Shown: positions 9,748-18,412 of the stretch, piece by piece
Layout: each line of letters opens with the position of its first letter
Numbering within the stretch: position 1 is the stretch's first letter
Virus record (IMG/VR): IMGVR_UViG_3300042975_000100
Location: 64,001 to 128,000 of that record
DNA: 64,000 nt
Direction: 5' to 3' (one strand)
DNA from: a virus
Lineage: Duplodnaviria; Caudoviricetes
The notes under the pieces: model-generated
Database searches by the model: none
What the model saw: the letters and a program-made list of their open reading frames with translations, nothing else
Told to the model about the DNA's origin: nothing
Translations under genes and position numbers: made by a program

Positions 9748-10203
9748 AAATATTTATGCTGGTATGACTGCTTAGGGAAGAAACCCATGCTTGACTCACT
9801 GGCAAAAACCTTAATCTAAGATTTTATAATTGGATTGTGATGATTAACTTTTAAGATCTTAAGTCTACTGGATTAACAAAAAGTTTAACGGCTTAATAGC
9901 TTAATGATAATTGATTAAATCTTAATGATTATCTCTTCATCTTAATTTTAATCAGAACTGGGACTCGAACCCAGAGAGTGACATAGAGTATCTATGCCAT
10001 GCGTTTACCAATTCCGCCATCCTGCTTAAAGTATGTAGATTTTTGGATCATCTACAATGCTATCTTTGTTTGATAGTTTTGCTTTTTGTTTTTGATTCAA
10101 CTGATCAAAAGTTAAGCGATAGCTTTTGTTTTGTACGGTAAAAGCTATCGAAAGACCGCTGAGCCTTTTCTTGGATTTTTACATCATATCAGCAATGATA
10201 CTT
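9748..10203 (-). ncRNA. Candidate ~455-nt structured ncRNA downstream of the 227-aa gene
   Basis: Long-range closing stem (10184-10203 with 9748-9767), four local hairpins, tRNA-like module, UUAA-periodic tract, no ORF of 60 aa or more. Confidence 0.65.
9950..10026 (-). ncRNA. tRNA-like element with non-canonical anticodon arm, no encoded CCA
   Basis: AGCAGGA TG GCGGAATTGGTAAACGC A TGGCATAGA-TAC-TCTATGTCA CTCT CTGGG-TTCGAGT-CCCAG TTCTGAT: canonical D and T arms, 9-bp/3-nt-loop hairpin in place of the anticodon arm. Confidence 0.8.
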
Positions 10204-10204
10204 A

Positions 10205-10888
10205 TCAATATTCGATTTCAATCTCCGTGATCTCAGTCATATGACCAAGAGCAGCGTCAATGTTCACCAGATAGGTATCGATTGCCTCTGCGGCATTTTT
10301 CATCTTCTTAGTGATCTCAGCCGGATCAAGAAGATCTACCTTGTACTGTGCATTCAGCTCAGCCTCACGATTAGCGCGCTGAGTCGACGATGCATTCGTA
10401 GTATTGCCGAATTCGTTGTTAACACGCTCGACAATGTAACGATCAGTTTCTTTGACACGCTTGGTATACATCTTGGATACTGAACTAACGCCATTGGTGA
10501 TAGTACGCATGATGCTCGTAAGTTCATTCTTGTAGTAGTTCTTACGAGCGATAGCAGCAGCGAATGAAAGCGATTCTTTCTCATCGCCATTGATATCGTC
10601 GAACGACTTGAACTTCGGTACTTCGATGTACGTCTTTGCATTTGCATTGAGGATAGCATTTGCAATGGCTTCACGGCGAATGATCTTATCGTTCAGGGAC
10701 TGCCAACGAGCTTTAGCGTCAGCTTCCCAGTCTTCAACAGAGAGACCATTGATGATCTTCTCGGTATTGTCTTTTGTTGTGGTAAATGCTTTCATAGAAG
10801 CAGAATCAATCTGCTTATCGAGCATCTTCTTCTGCGCGAGCGCAGCTCTGAGTGTCATGGTTTCTTTTACCATTTTACATTCCTCCAA
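10205..10888 (-). CDS. Helical coiled-coil protein, DIP1984/DUF6847-like
   Basis: MTLRAALAQKKMLDKQI...NANAKT...LSFAAAIARK...IDAAL...TEIEI resembles the DIP1984-like pattern; GGAGG RBS; highly expressed codon bias. Confidence 0.6.
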   Translation of the reverse strand: MEECKMVKETMTLRAALAQKKMLDKQIDSASMKAFTTTKDNTEKIINGLSVEDWEADAKARWQSLNDKIIRREAIANAILNANAKTYIEVPKFKSFDDINGDEKESLSFAAAIARKNYYKNELTSIMRTITNGVSSVSKMYTKRVKETDRYIVERVNNEFGNTTNASSTQRANREAELNAQYKVDLLDPAEITKKMKNAAEAIDTYLVNIDAALGHMTEITEIEIEY

Positions 10889-11027
10889 TTTAATGATTAA
10901 TAGCTTAACCTTTGCTACTATAGTGTATATGCTGTGATAAATTATTACATTTTTTCGTTATCATAATCAGACGATTAGACATTTTGTTAAAACCAAAATA
11001 TTATATGTTGAAAGGCTGTGTTTTTAA

Positions 11028-11678
11028 ATGAGTGCACCAAATTCGAATGGCGTATTACGCACTAAACTATCAGATATGAAAATCGGGGATTATATCAAGT
11101 GGCAGTATAATGGTGGGTCTGATACTGCTATTGGAACTTTAAAGGCTGACGATGGCACAGAAAACGAATTACCATCTACTCCTTTAGCTACTGGAATTAC
11201 AGGGTATTTCTACTTCATAAAGTGGAAGCAGGGATTACTAGTAGCAGATAGAGCCATTCATCTCAATATATCGGCCCAGATGATTAATAAAGCTGGCTAT
11301 TTTAAAGGCAGTCAGTATTTTTGTCCATCTTTAGACCAGTTCCAAGCATTCTGCGCCGATGATTTTAACGGCAATTTCAAATTTAGCGATGCTAATTTTC
11401 CAATAGCGACCGAATCCATTGGTGGTGGTGTGGGTCCGAACACACTTAAAGGAAGGCCCATTACTCAAGATCTAAAAATCGTTAGAGAGTCGGGATCTGG
11501 GTATATAACCAATATTATGGATAAGATAAGATATGATACTACTAATTACATAGGATTTACACAACGACAGAACAATCTTAGCAGTGTTGGATCAACATAC
11601 CCTATATTTCTTCCGACGTATTTCTTACCTTGCATGGCATATGTGGACAATTCAAAATCAACAAATATCTATTATTAA
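11028..11678 (+). CDS. Single-domain paralogue of the adjacent CLec-like repeat protein
   Basis: MKIGDYI...GYFYFIK...LLVADRAIHLNIS shared with repeats of 11688-13736; GACA-N6-TA promoter. Confidence 0.65.
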   Translation: MSAPNSNGVLRTKLSDMKIGDYIKWQYNGGSDTAIGTLKADDGTENELPSTPLATGITGYFYFIKWKQGLLVADRAIHLNISAQMINKAGYFKGSQYFCPSLDQFQAFCADDFNGNFKFSDANFPIATESIGGGVGPNTLKGRPITQDLKIVRESGSGYITNIMDKIRYDTTNYIGFTQRQNNLSSVGSTYPIFLPTYFLPCMAYVDNSKSTNIYY

Positions 11679-11687
11679 GGAAATTAG

Positions 11688-13736
11688 GTGATTAACTTGG
11701 CTGATATAACTTCACTAACTAAAGTGACAGACCCATACAATATCCAACCTGGCCAATACATTACCTGCGATTATACAACTACGGCTGCAAATACTCTAGG
11801 AACTTTTAGTAACCTTGGCAAAGCTACTAAAGATCTTTTAGCAACTCCTCTTACAGGAGCAGGTGAAGGTTCTTTTAACTTTATCTGTATCGGATGGGAC
11901 TATGCGGGTAGACCTTATCTTATCGCTGATAGAGTTATTCAGACTAGCTTTAGCTTATCAAGCAATTCAGCTTTGAACACTACCTCTGGTACTACGGCTA
12001 CGATCGACAGTTCGGTATCAGTTAACTTGCGTGTACTCAACAGAGACACATGGGATAAGGCAGTTGTAAAAGGCGGAGTGACTGGTATAGCTGCTGGTGA
12101 TGCATTATGGAATTTCTCTATCCCATCATGGACATTTGAACTTCCATCGGATAGCACCGATGGAACGGCGAATTATATCCTTGGTGGTGCAGCTGTCGAT
12201 ACGATTGCTACAAAAGCAATTAGCACCGCAGATGCAACAGTAGGATACCGTCCTGTAATGACCATCAATTCAAAGCCAGCATATCGCGGTAATCCTGGTC
12301 TTGCTGCAGGCATTACGCTTGTGACAGATCCAGTCAAATTAGTTCCTGGTACGGCTATCTCATGTGAGTATACCGTAACTACTAAGGGAGCTATCGGAAC
12401 ATATGCAAATCTTGGTAAGGCTACCAAAGATCCTTTACCAGATTACCCAGTAGATCTTCCAGATGGAACATTCTACTGGATCTGCGTTGGTTATACTCCA
12501 GCCGGATATCCGAAGTGCTTTGCCGATAGAAACATTCAGGCAAACATTTCATGGTCGACTTTGGCCACTGCAGCGCTTACCACTACCTCTGGTACTGAAA
12601 CTACAGTTAGCGGCCACAAATGCAATTTACGCATTCCTAATTCCATCCCAAATAGGCACATCAGCATCCCAGATTCTAAGTATGGAGAGTGGGATGCAAT
12701 CTTTACTACTTATAATGCTAATGGTATTAAAGCAAGTAATGAAGTATGGAATACTAAATTCTCACAATCTTTTACAACGGCTATTCTGTCTGATGTAGAT
12801 GATGCTGGTAATCTTGCAGATGGTACTTATATCATTGCTAGAGGTTATCAGGATGGAACTGATGGAGTATATCAGGATAAAGAGGATGTACAGACTAAGT
12901 ACACTCAGTCTCAGACACTCTCTAACGTAGGTTTCCGTCCTGTATTTATCTATACAGAGATCGATGCTAACTCAAGAGGTAAAGTAGGAACTACGCTTCC
13001 ATCTTTCGACTTTAAACCAGGAACGTATGTACAACCTGGTGAGGTTATTCCTTGTACCTATACGGTTACAACTAAAGGAGCTCTTGGCAAGTTTACTGAA
13101 TTTGGCGGAAAGTCCGACAAAGATTGGATCTTGGCTGAAGGTGAAGATCTTCCAGATGGGCGCTTTAACTTTATCTGTGTAGGATATACACCGGATGGTT
13201 GTGCTAAGTTAGTAGCCGATAGAAACATTCAGACGAATATTTCTTGGACTACGCTTAACAATGCTGGGCTTTGTCTCACTACCGGTAGTGATGTTCCTGT
13301 AGATGGAACTAACTGGAAGATGAGATTGTTCAACACTACCACTACCAGATTCGTATCTGAAACTGATTATGGTGAATGGGATGCTATCATTAGTCTTATG
13401 ACTAGAGCTGGTATTACTAAGCCATCAGATCCAGAGATATGGAACTGTGGTAATAACCGTAGTTGGACGCTTGCTACCATTGCTACTATCGATGATGCTG
13501 GTACTCTTGGAACACAGGATAACTGTATTGCTAGAGGCGTGCAGGATACTGCATTCAATATCAAGGATGCAAGCTTTACGAAGCAGCCTTTCCAAAGCGC
13601 TGCATATGCTTCTAAGACTATCGGCTTTAGACCAGTAATGTGGTTCAAACAGAAACCTGTATCAAGCACTAACCCTTATCGTGCATTCGTACGTATTGAG
13701 GATGATGCTTTGTTCGCAAATCAGAATTTCTTCTAA
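11688..13736 (+). CDS. Protein with three tandem C-type-lectin-fold-like repeats (putative virion/receptor-binding protein)
   Basis: Three ~210-230-aa repeats, each ICxGY/W...ADR(N/V)IQ...WD...WN...S(W/F)T...G(Y/F)RPV. Confidence 0.65.
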   Translation: MINLADITSLTKVTDPYNIQPGQYITCDYTTTAANTLGTFSNLGKATKDLLATPLTGAGEGSFNFICIGWDYAGRPYLIADRVIQTSFSLSSNSALNTTSGTTATIDSSVSVNLRVLNRDTWDKAVVKGGVTGIAAGDALWNFSIPSWTFELPSDSTDGTANYILGGAAVDTIATKAISTADATVGYRPVMTINSKPAYRGNPGLAAGITLVTDPVKLVPGTAISCEYTVTTKGAIGTYANLGKATKDPLPDYPVDLPDGTFYWICVGYTPAGYPKCFADRNIQANISWSTLATAALTTTSGTETTVSGHKCNLRIPNSIPNRHISIPDSKYGEWDAIFTTYNANGIKASNEVWNTKFSQSFTTAILSDVDDAGNLADGTYIIARGYQDGTDGVYQDKEDVQTKYTQSQTLSNVGFRPVFIYTEIDANSRGKVGTTLPSFDFKPGTYVQPGEVIPCTYTVTTKGALGKFTEFGGKSDKDWILAEGEDLPDGRFNFICVGYTPDGCAKLVADRNIQTNISWTTLNNAGLCLTTGSDVPVDGTNWKMRLFNTTTTRFVSETDYGEWDAIISLMTRAGITKPSDPEIWNCGNNRSWTLATIATIDDAGTLGTQDNCIARGVQDTAFNIKDASFTKQPFQSAAYASKTIGFRPVMWFKQKPVSSTNPYRAFVRIEDDALFANQNFF

Positions 13737-13746
13737 AGCAAAATAA

Positions 13747-13775
13747 ATCCCTCTACTCACTGCGAGTAGAGGGAT
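13747..13775. terminator. Bidirectional terminator
   Basis: ATCCCTCTACTC-ACTGC-GAGTAGAGGGAT 12-bp stem, A/T flanks, convergent genes. Confidence 0.85.
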
Positions 13776-13785
13776 ATTTTGTGCC

Positions 13786-14370
13786 TTATTTATAGCCATA
13801 CGCGAATTCATTCTTATCCTTCATGGCATCGTAATAAAGAATATTAAGATGATTACTAAGAGTGAACACCCCAGGAACTGGATAAGTGATTGGATTGCTT
13901 GGAGAACCATCTTGGAACCAAGCTTGGCCATGTGGATCTGAATAGAAATTTTGCATAATGCATCTAATATCTTTTCCATTCAAATATGATATGTCGCAAT
14001 CCTTACCAATAAGAGTGCCATTCCGATATGTAGATGCACGATTCGTTGTAAAATCAAATACAATAGTGCACCAACTAGTATCTTGCGTTCTTCCAAGGCT
14101 TATACCATCTATATCACTTTCTGGTCCATACGCACCAGATATATACGAATGGCAATAAGCCGCATTACGTGCGTATGCCGTATATCCCTCAGCATTATAC
14201 GTTCCAGGAAGGTTATTAGCATCCTCGAATAGTATATCCATACAATTATGGCCAGAGGCACATCTAACCCCTACCTGCCAAATTCCTGTTCCAGGAATGG
14301 TATTATCAGAAAGGATTATTCCTCCTCCCATACTTACATAACTAGCTCCATTGAATAATATTTGCTTCAT
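13786..14370 (-). CDS. SPRY/ConA-like beta-sandwich protein
   Basis: GIWQVGV...TIVFDFTTNRASTYRNG...YPVPG pattern; paralogue of upstream gene. Confidence 0.5.
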   Translation of the reverse strand: MKQILFNGASYVSMGGGIILSDNTIPGTGIWQVGVRCASGHNCMDILFEDANNLPGTYNAEGYTAYARNAAYCHSYISGAYGPESDIDGISLGRTQDTSWCTIVFDFTTNRASTYRNGTLIGKDCDISYLNGKDIRCIMQNFYSDPHGQAWFQDGSPSNPITYPVPGVFTLSNHLNILYYDAMKDKNEFAYGYK

Positions 14371-14382
14371 GTATATCTCTCC

Positions 14383-14940
14383 TTATTTGTATGACCATAA
14401 AATGTCCTTTCTGTCTTCTATAGACATAGTAGGCATTAGGTCACCGAGTACAGTATATCCATCTGGTATACTAGGAAAATCAGATCTAAATATAGTTTGG
14501 GTTTCTCCAACTAATGGATTGAAAATATACGTTTTCAAATCTGCCCAAGTACCCAAATTTATAGAATAAAATAATGTACCATTAAAAAAGAAATTCATTC
14601 TATTGGAATCATAATCAAATCCATACCCATATCTTCCGGCCTTTTGGTACGTAGGGCTTGTAGAAACATAGTTGAATGTGGTACCATTTGTCCAACAAAA
14701 GCCTATATCTCCTTTAGAGTCCCAACCAATCACATTGGTAACATGCTGAAATATCAGATACCCAGGTAATTTTCCATATGGAAGACCTTGGAAGTATTCA
14801 TTCTTTTGATATGGATATATCTCGGGTATATTGTATTCAATATACAATTTGCCCGACTTATCCACTACCTGAGGGATTCCCCCCCCCCCCAATACTAAAT
14901 CTTTGTAGCTTACCGATGGATCTATTCTCATGATAACCAC
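14383..14940 (-). CDS. SPRY-like protein containing a G12 tract
   Basis: SGKLYIEY...YGYGFDYDSNRMNFFFNG...IPDGY SPRY-like pattern; GACA-N6-TA promoter at 14964-14975. Confidence 0.55.
   Translation of the reverse strand: MVIMRIDPSVSYKDLVLGGGGIPQVVDKSGKLYIEYNIPEIYPYQKNEYFQGLPYGKLPGYLIFQHVTNVIGWDSKGDIGFCWTNGTTFNYVSTSPTYQKAGRYGYGFDYDSNRMNFFFNGTLFYSINLGTWADLKTYIFNPLVGETQTIFRSDFPSIPDGYTVLGDLMPTMSIEDRKDILWSYK
14879..14890 (-). repeat. G12 homopolymer within CDS (LGGGGI)
   Basis: 12 consecutive C on the + strand. Confidence 0.85.
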
Positions 14941-15015
14941 CTTAACCTTTCTCGAAATTCATTTACTAATTTGTCAAAAAAAAAAGAACTCGTAATGAGT
15001 TCTCCTTTTCTCTGT

Positions 15016-15928
15016 TTATTTACTATTGATCAAATAGTTTACCGTAGTCTCCATCAATGCTAGTAACAGCATCTTGGCCATATTATCTCCACCACCGATA
15101 GCTCCTTGTACGATTCTACCAGTTGTTCTGTTCGGCTGGTAGAGAACGAGGCATTTGGTATAGTCTGATTTACAATCATTTATACCATTAGGTACAAAGG
15201 CAACCTTGTACTTAAGAGATTCGCGGCACGTTCCTTTATGGAGCCAATATCCAAGATACTTACTATCTCCGATAAGATCACGAGCCTGATCATACATGCA
15301 GTCAAGCTGCTTGTCGCTGATGTACTTATTACCATCCCAAGTATCATCATAGAGTGATAATGCCCAAAGTGAAGCGACTACGATCGGAAATGATTCGCAT
15401 CTTTCACCAAGAAACTTAAGCACCTTACCGAGTTTAGCCCTATCTACCTTTGGCATCCTTACAGGAATCTCTAAGTAATCTTTATACTCCTTAGATGGAC
15501 TAAACTGCTTGAAGAAGAATAAAGACTGCTTATCTGATATCAGATTGAACAAGGCGCTAACAACCTTTGGATTTGCAGTATGTGGATTGATTCTGAAGAT
15601 ATCATTATCTCTTTTTGGATCTCCGTTTACGATAGCCTTACGAATGTCAAGTTCTAATCCATCTTTTGACGCTCGTTTCAATTCGTTAGGAGCAGAATCG
15701 GTTCTTCCTTTTGAATCGGATCAGGCACATAACTCAATGGAATATCAAAAGCACTATACCTACCGATGGCCCATGCTTCTGCTTTTCAGACACATGCATA
15801 TTGAATGAAAAGTCATCAAACCATCCGATGTTTTCGCTACGGCCTCTTCCATCTTCGCTTAAGCGACCTTTGATACCTGGAGTTACCATTACTCCTTTTG
15901 CATCTGCATTTAAAGTAAACAGTTTCAT
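15016..15928 (-). CDS. Hypothetical protein, probably one gene broken by frameshifts (ORFs 15734-15928 and 15016-15681)
   Basis: Promoter and RBS precede 15928; coding-like sequence bridges the ORFs in another frame. Confidence 0.45.
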
Positions 15929-16055
15929 TACAATTACTTCCTTTCAAAAATCTATTTACACATCTCACATTTATAATATATATATATATAATTATTATAA
16001 AAAACAAAATAGATCCCTGGGTATTTAAACCCAGGGAAATATTTATTGTTTCTTT

Positions 16056-18200
16056 TTAGATGGTCTTAAGCATCTTGCTAAATTCGTCTAAGAACTCTTC
16101 TCTTTCCATGATCTCTGCATCTTTGTCAGCATTTCCGATAGCTATAATGCGATACTCACCATTTGCATTCTTAAATGCCTTGGTAAAGAACTTATCTTTA
16201 TCTAGTGGGACATCGCATTTGAGCTGAACCTCATCATCTGTACTTTCATAGCCACAAGAATTAAGGCAGAACTTAATCCCCATAGCAGCCTGCTTCGCAC
16301 TATCCAAGGATACATTGTAGAAGCGCGTCTTATCTTTATTGGTGATAAAAGCAAACTTAACGGTATCCCCAAATTTATCGAAGCCAAATTCCTGATTCAG
16401 CCGTTCTCTTTGCAATCTAACTGAATTCATCTTGAACTTTCTAGAAGCAACAGAATCAGAAATACATTTCGTCATATAGCTTACAGCACAGATAAGATCA
16501 TTCTTTTCCATAAGCTCGTCTTCATCTGAGCATGCAGCCAAAAGTAAGATCTTATTATCATGGAATTCGTCCTCATAGGTTCTGACTAAGAATCCATTTG
16601 GATTGTTGAATTTATTAGTAGAGGCATTCGTCTCTACAATATTCTTGTATCCATATGATTCCAGTGTAAGATCAAGTATGAAGATAATGGACTTTGCATC
16701 TTCAATACTAACAGGATAGAATTCAAGTTTGTCATTTGGATAATCCATTAGAGCAAACTTAACCTTGTCCGTTCCCATCTTTTCAGGATCGAATTTTTCT
16801 TGGACTTTAGAAGGAGACTCTTTTGGATCTGCCTCCATATTGCTATCAGATTTGTTGATAGTTCTATCCCGTCTATAGGGAGGGCGAGTCTGAATCTTCC
16901 CTTTTTCATCATAGCTAATAGTGGAATTTACGTAGTTAGCATCGATAGCGTCAATAACTTCTGTTATTGTTAATACAGGATAAAACCTAATATCTTGTGA
17001 TGCTGTCTTCGTAAAAATGATCTTTAAGCTATGGTGCTCAGGATCGTCGAATCCAATAGTTGTACCATTTGCCTCGCCATACATCTTTTGTAGAGTTTCT
17101 TTGAATTTATCCATCTCATCATAAAGAATAATAAAACTGCTTGTATTGATACTAGTGCCATCTTTGTCGCACAAGCTATACAATCCAGAGATTACGGATT
17201 TCGTGTAACTCTCCTCTTTCTCCAGAGTTTCAAACATGCTAGCCTTGATGTCATTAACTATCTTGGTTATGGGTTCTTTCTTATCCCCCTTATCATTTAC
17301 AGAGTTTGCTTCTACTACATCTAATTTCCTTTTTATGGATTCAACAGACAATGCACCACCCCCAGCGATGATATCAATTTCTGTAACCAGACTATCACAC
17401 GTTCTAGCAACCAAGCAGATATCTTCTACCATCTCAGCTGGAGTCTTTCCAAACTCATTGATAGGATGCTCTTCTTTGATCACCTCAATATCCAATGAGA
17501 TTTTATTGTGCTTATACTCTATAACCGCTGAGCCTTTCCCGCTGAGAAACCAAGTCCCGAATTTTGTATTCAGTTCTTTTTTAGCATCGATGGTCTCGCA
17601 TCTAAGATAATACTCAGAACGAGTCAGTAATCTAGGTGCATGGTTAGTAATATTCAGTGAGAAACCAACGATAACCTTTGTATGGGTGTACGAATCATCT
17701 TTAGGAATGATGGTTTTGCTTGGATCTTCTTCCTTATAGTTATTCAGTTGACTTGCCTGAATATGCATGATTACTCCATACTTTGATTTGAATACGACAG
17801 TCTTGATTCCTGCATTCTTGATCATACGCTTACAGAGCAGGCATGGCGCTCCAGATGCCAACGTGCCATCTGCATTCTCTCCATAGATATAAATGGTAGA
17901 ACCAATCATACGCTGTTTAGTACAATTGATGATAGCATTCTGCTCTGCATGTACGGCTTTACAGAGTTCGTATCTTTCTCCTTTTGGTACATGGAGTTCT
18001 TCACGTTTGCACTCTCCATGATCAGAGCAATTCTCTTCTCCCACCGGAGAGCCATTGTATCCACTAGATACAATGGCATTTGACGTATCAACAATAACTG
18101 CACCGTATTTACGGCGCAGACAAGTGGATCTCATAGAAATTGCTTTTGCTACATTCAAGAAATATTCGTCCCATGATGGGCGTGCTGCTGTTGTTTTCAT
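16056..18200 (-). CDS. dCMP deaminase fused to a long repeat-containing C-terminal region
   Basis: RPSWDEYF, RSTCLRR, GYNG, HAEQNAI, PCLLC deaminase motifs in the first ~150 aa. Confidence 0.85.
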   Translation of the reverse strand: MKTTAARPSWDEYFLNVAKAISMRSTCLRRKYGAVIVDTSNAIVSSGYNGSPVGEENCSDHGECKREELHVPKGERYELCKAVHAEQNAIINCTKQRMIGSTIYIYGENADGTLASGAPCLLCKRMIKNAGIKTVVFKSKYGVIMHIQASQLNNYKEEDPSKTIIPKDDSYTHTKVIVGFSLNITNHAPRLLTRSEYYLRCETIDAKKELNTKFGTWFLSGKGSAVIEYKHNKISLDIEVIKEEHPINEFGKTPAEMVEDICLVARTCDSLVTEIDIIAGGGALSVESIKRKLDVVEANSVNDKGDKKEPITKIVNDIKASMFETLEKEESYTKSVISGLYSLCDKDGTSINTSSFIILYDEMDKFKETLQKMYGEANGTTIGFDDPEHHSLKIIFTKTASQDIRFYPVLTITEVIDAIDANYVNSTISYDEKGKIQTRPPYRRDRTINKSDSNMEADPKESPSKVQEKFDPEKMGTDKVKFALMDYPNDKLEFYPVSIEDAKSIIFILDLTLESYGYKNIVETNASTNKFNNPNGFLVRTYEDEFHDNKILLLAACSDEDELMEKNDLICAVSYMTKCISDSVASRKFKMNSVRLQRERLNQEFGFDKFGDTVKFAFITNKDKTRFYNVSLDSAKQAAMGIKFCLNSCGYESTDDEVQLKCDVPLDKDKFFTKAFKNANGEYRIIAIGNADKDAEIMEREEFLDEFSKMLKTI

Positions 18201-18202
18201 AA

Positions 18203-18412
18203 TTAATATATCCTCCCCTGAGATACTATAATCAAATTAGTAAGAAGCACGGTTAGCAATACCAATATCGCTATGATTAGCGTATCGATATTGCAAAACT
18301 CGTGTTTAATCCGAAGCATCATGTATCGAAGATCTTCCTTAGCTCTTACCCTCGGATTCAACCTGCTCTGTATCCTCTTCAAATGTTCCGGAAGTATCGT
18401 AATCTTTTTCAT
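18203..18412 (-). CDS. Small membrane protein
   Basis: C-terminal hydrophobic helix; GGGAGG RBS. Confidence 0.55.
   Translation of the reverse strand: MKKITILPEHLKRIQSRLNPRVRAKEDLRYMMLRIKHEFCNIDTLIIAILVLLTVLLTNLIIVSQGRIY

Noticed and set aside
9810-9951. CRISPR array or ToxI-type repeat array
   Set aside because: Units are 6-8-nt degenerate UUAA motifs, not 23-47-nt repeats with spacers or ~36-nt tandem repeats.
9950-10026. Functional tRNA-Leu or tRNA-Val(TAC)
   Set aside because: No canonical anticodon loop (no U33, 9-bp stem), no Leu variable arm, acceptor mismatch; kept as a tRNA-like element.
11688-13736. Complete diversity-generating retroelement
   Set aside because: No reverse transcriptase and no adenine-specific TR/VR pair seen in the window.
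15972-15991. (TA)n microsatellite as a separate element
   Set aside because: It is an extended copy of the TATATATTATA promoter motif.
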